Shown in pieces: positions 32,514 to 32,894 of a stretch of DNA of 32,894 nucleotides. The position numbers and the translations under genes were made by a program. The first letter of the stretch is position 1, and the number at the start of each line of letters is the position of its first letter. Source of the DNA: an uncultured Bacillota bacterium (GTDB lineage: Bacteria > Bacillota_I > Bacilli_A > RF39 > UBA660); contig CAMENK010000001.1 of assembly GCA_945928335.1 (NCBI GenBank), positions 1 to 32,894 on the forward strand, read 5' to 3'. A model generated the notes under the pieces. It did not search any database and was not told the origin of the DNA. It worked only from the letters and a program-made list of their open reading frames with translations.

Positions 32514-32894
32514 TCATTCATTTCGTCAATTAAATTTGTAATATCACTTAAAGCGTTTGAATAAAGATGCGTATAAGTATTAAGAGTTTCTTCGATTTTA
32601 GAATGTCCTAGGAATTTAGAAACCATATTAATGCTAGCACTTTTATAAATTAATAAAGATGCACAGGAATGTCTAAAGTCATGTAATCTTATTTGTTTTA
32701 CTCCAGTTTTTTCACAATTCTTATTTTTACGATCAGAGAATCTGTTATTACTAGCGAGTGCAATATCACCGACAACGAACATCTATGATTTTAAATGGTG
32801 TTCTTGTGGTAATATTTAATATAGAATTTTCGAAAGAGATGATGTCGTAGTTATTGTTTGTTACGAGCATAAAAGGTTTAGTGATGTTAATATT
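32507..32894 (-). pseudogene. tyrosine recombinase (phage-integrase family), disrupted, running off the window
   Basis: The 91-aa ORF holds only the C-terminal catalytic box (LHDFRHSCASLL, LGHSKIEETLNTYTHL). An in-frame TAG precedes its ATG. A different frame is open from the window edge to 32763 (...FMLVTNNNYDIISFENSILNITTRTPFKIIDV...). That frame resembles the region upstream of box II but lacks a recognisable TG-R-GE arginine motif. Confidence 0.55.

Noticed and set aside
1-32894. An alternative genetic code (Mollicutes-type TGA=Trp), suggested by the extreme AT content.
   Set aside because: TGA terminates well-supported genes (tagO at 4112-4114, the GT4::Alg14 fusion at 21938-21940). Conserved Trp positions use TGG.

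Overview
This is a very AT-rich, low-GC Firmicute-like (clostridial-type anaerobe) chromosomal window that uses the standard code: TGA is a stop and TGG encodes Trp. It splits into three parts.

(1) 1-22.4 kb. Almost all genes are on the + strand. This part holds membrane-lipid head-group genes (psd, a PAP2-family protein, gpsA, a pssA-like gene) interleaved with a large cell-envelope glycopolymer locus. The locus contains a TagO/WecA initiator, several GT2 and GT4 glycosyltransferases, GtrA, an O-acetyltransferase, a TagG/TagH-type ABC exporter, and a three-gene CapE/FnlA-type UDP-2-acetamido-2,6-dideoxy-L-hexose pathway. It also carries two WaaL/Wzy-like membrane domains. One of these sits inside an unusual 1207-aa triple fusion with a TagA-type GT26 domain and an LtaS/OpgB-type phosphoglycerol-transferase domain. 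A GT4::Alg14 fusion with a TTGA-coupled Alg13-like partner closes the locus.

(2) 22.4-29.1 kb. Housekeeping genes: pyruvate:ferredoxin oxidoreductase, recG and a YebC/YeeN-family regulator. The PFOR-recG spacer (about 500 nt) is gene-free. It carries consensus promoters and hairpins that look like small structured RNAs.

(3) 29.1-32.9 kb. A small degraded island. It starts with a promoter/terminator-bounded C-rich candidate sRNA. Next is a NERD-HRDC nuclease-like gene bracketed by imperfect repeat modules. Three small genes of unknown function follow: a tail-anchored helical protein, a tandem DUF1294 membrane protein and a double zinc-ribbon protein. A perfect 18-bp palindrome lies among them, and the island ends in a decayed tyrosine-recombinase gene running off the window.

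I saw no rRNA, tRNA, CRISPR array or intact IS element. All family assignments come from motif recognition by eye and should be confirmed with HMM or structure searches.
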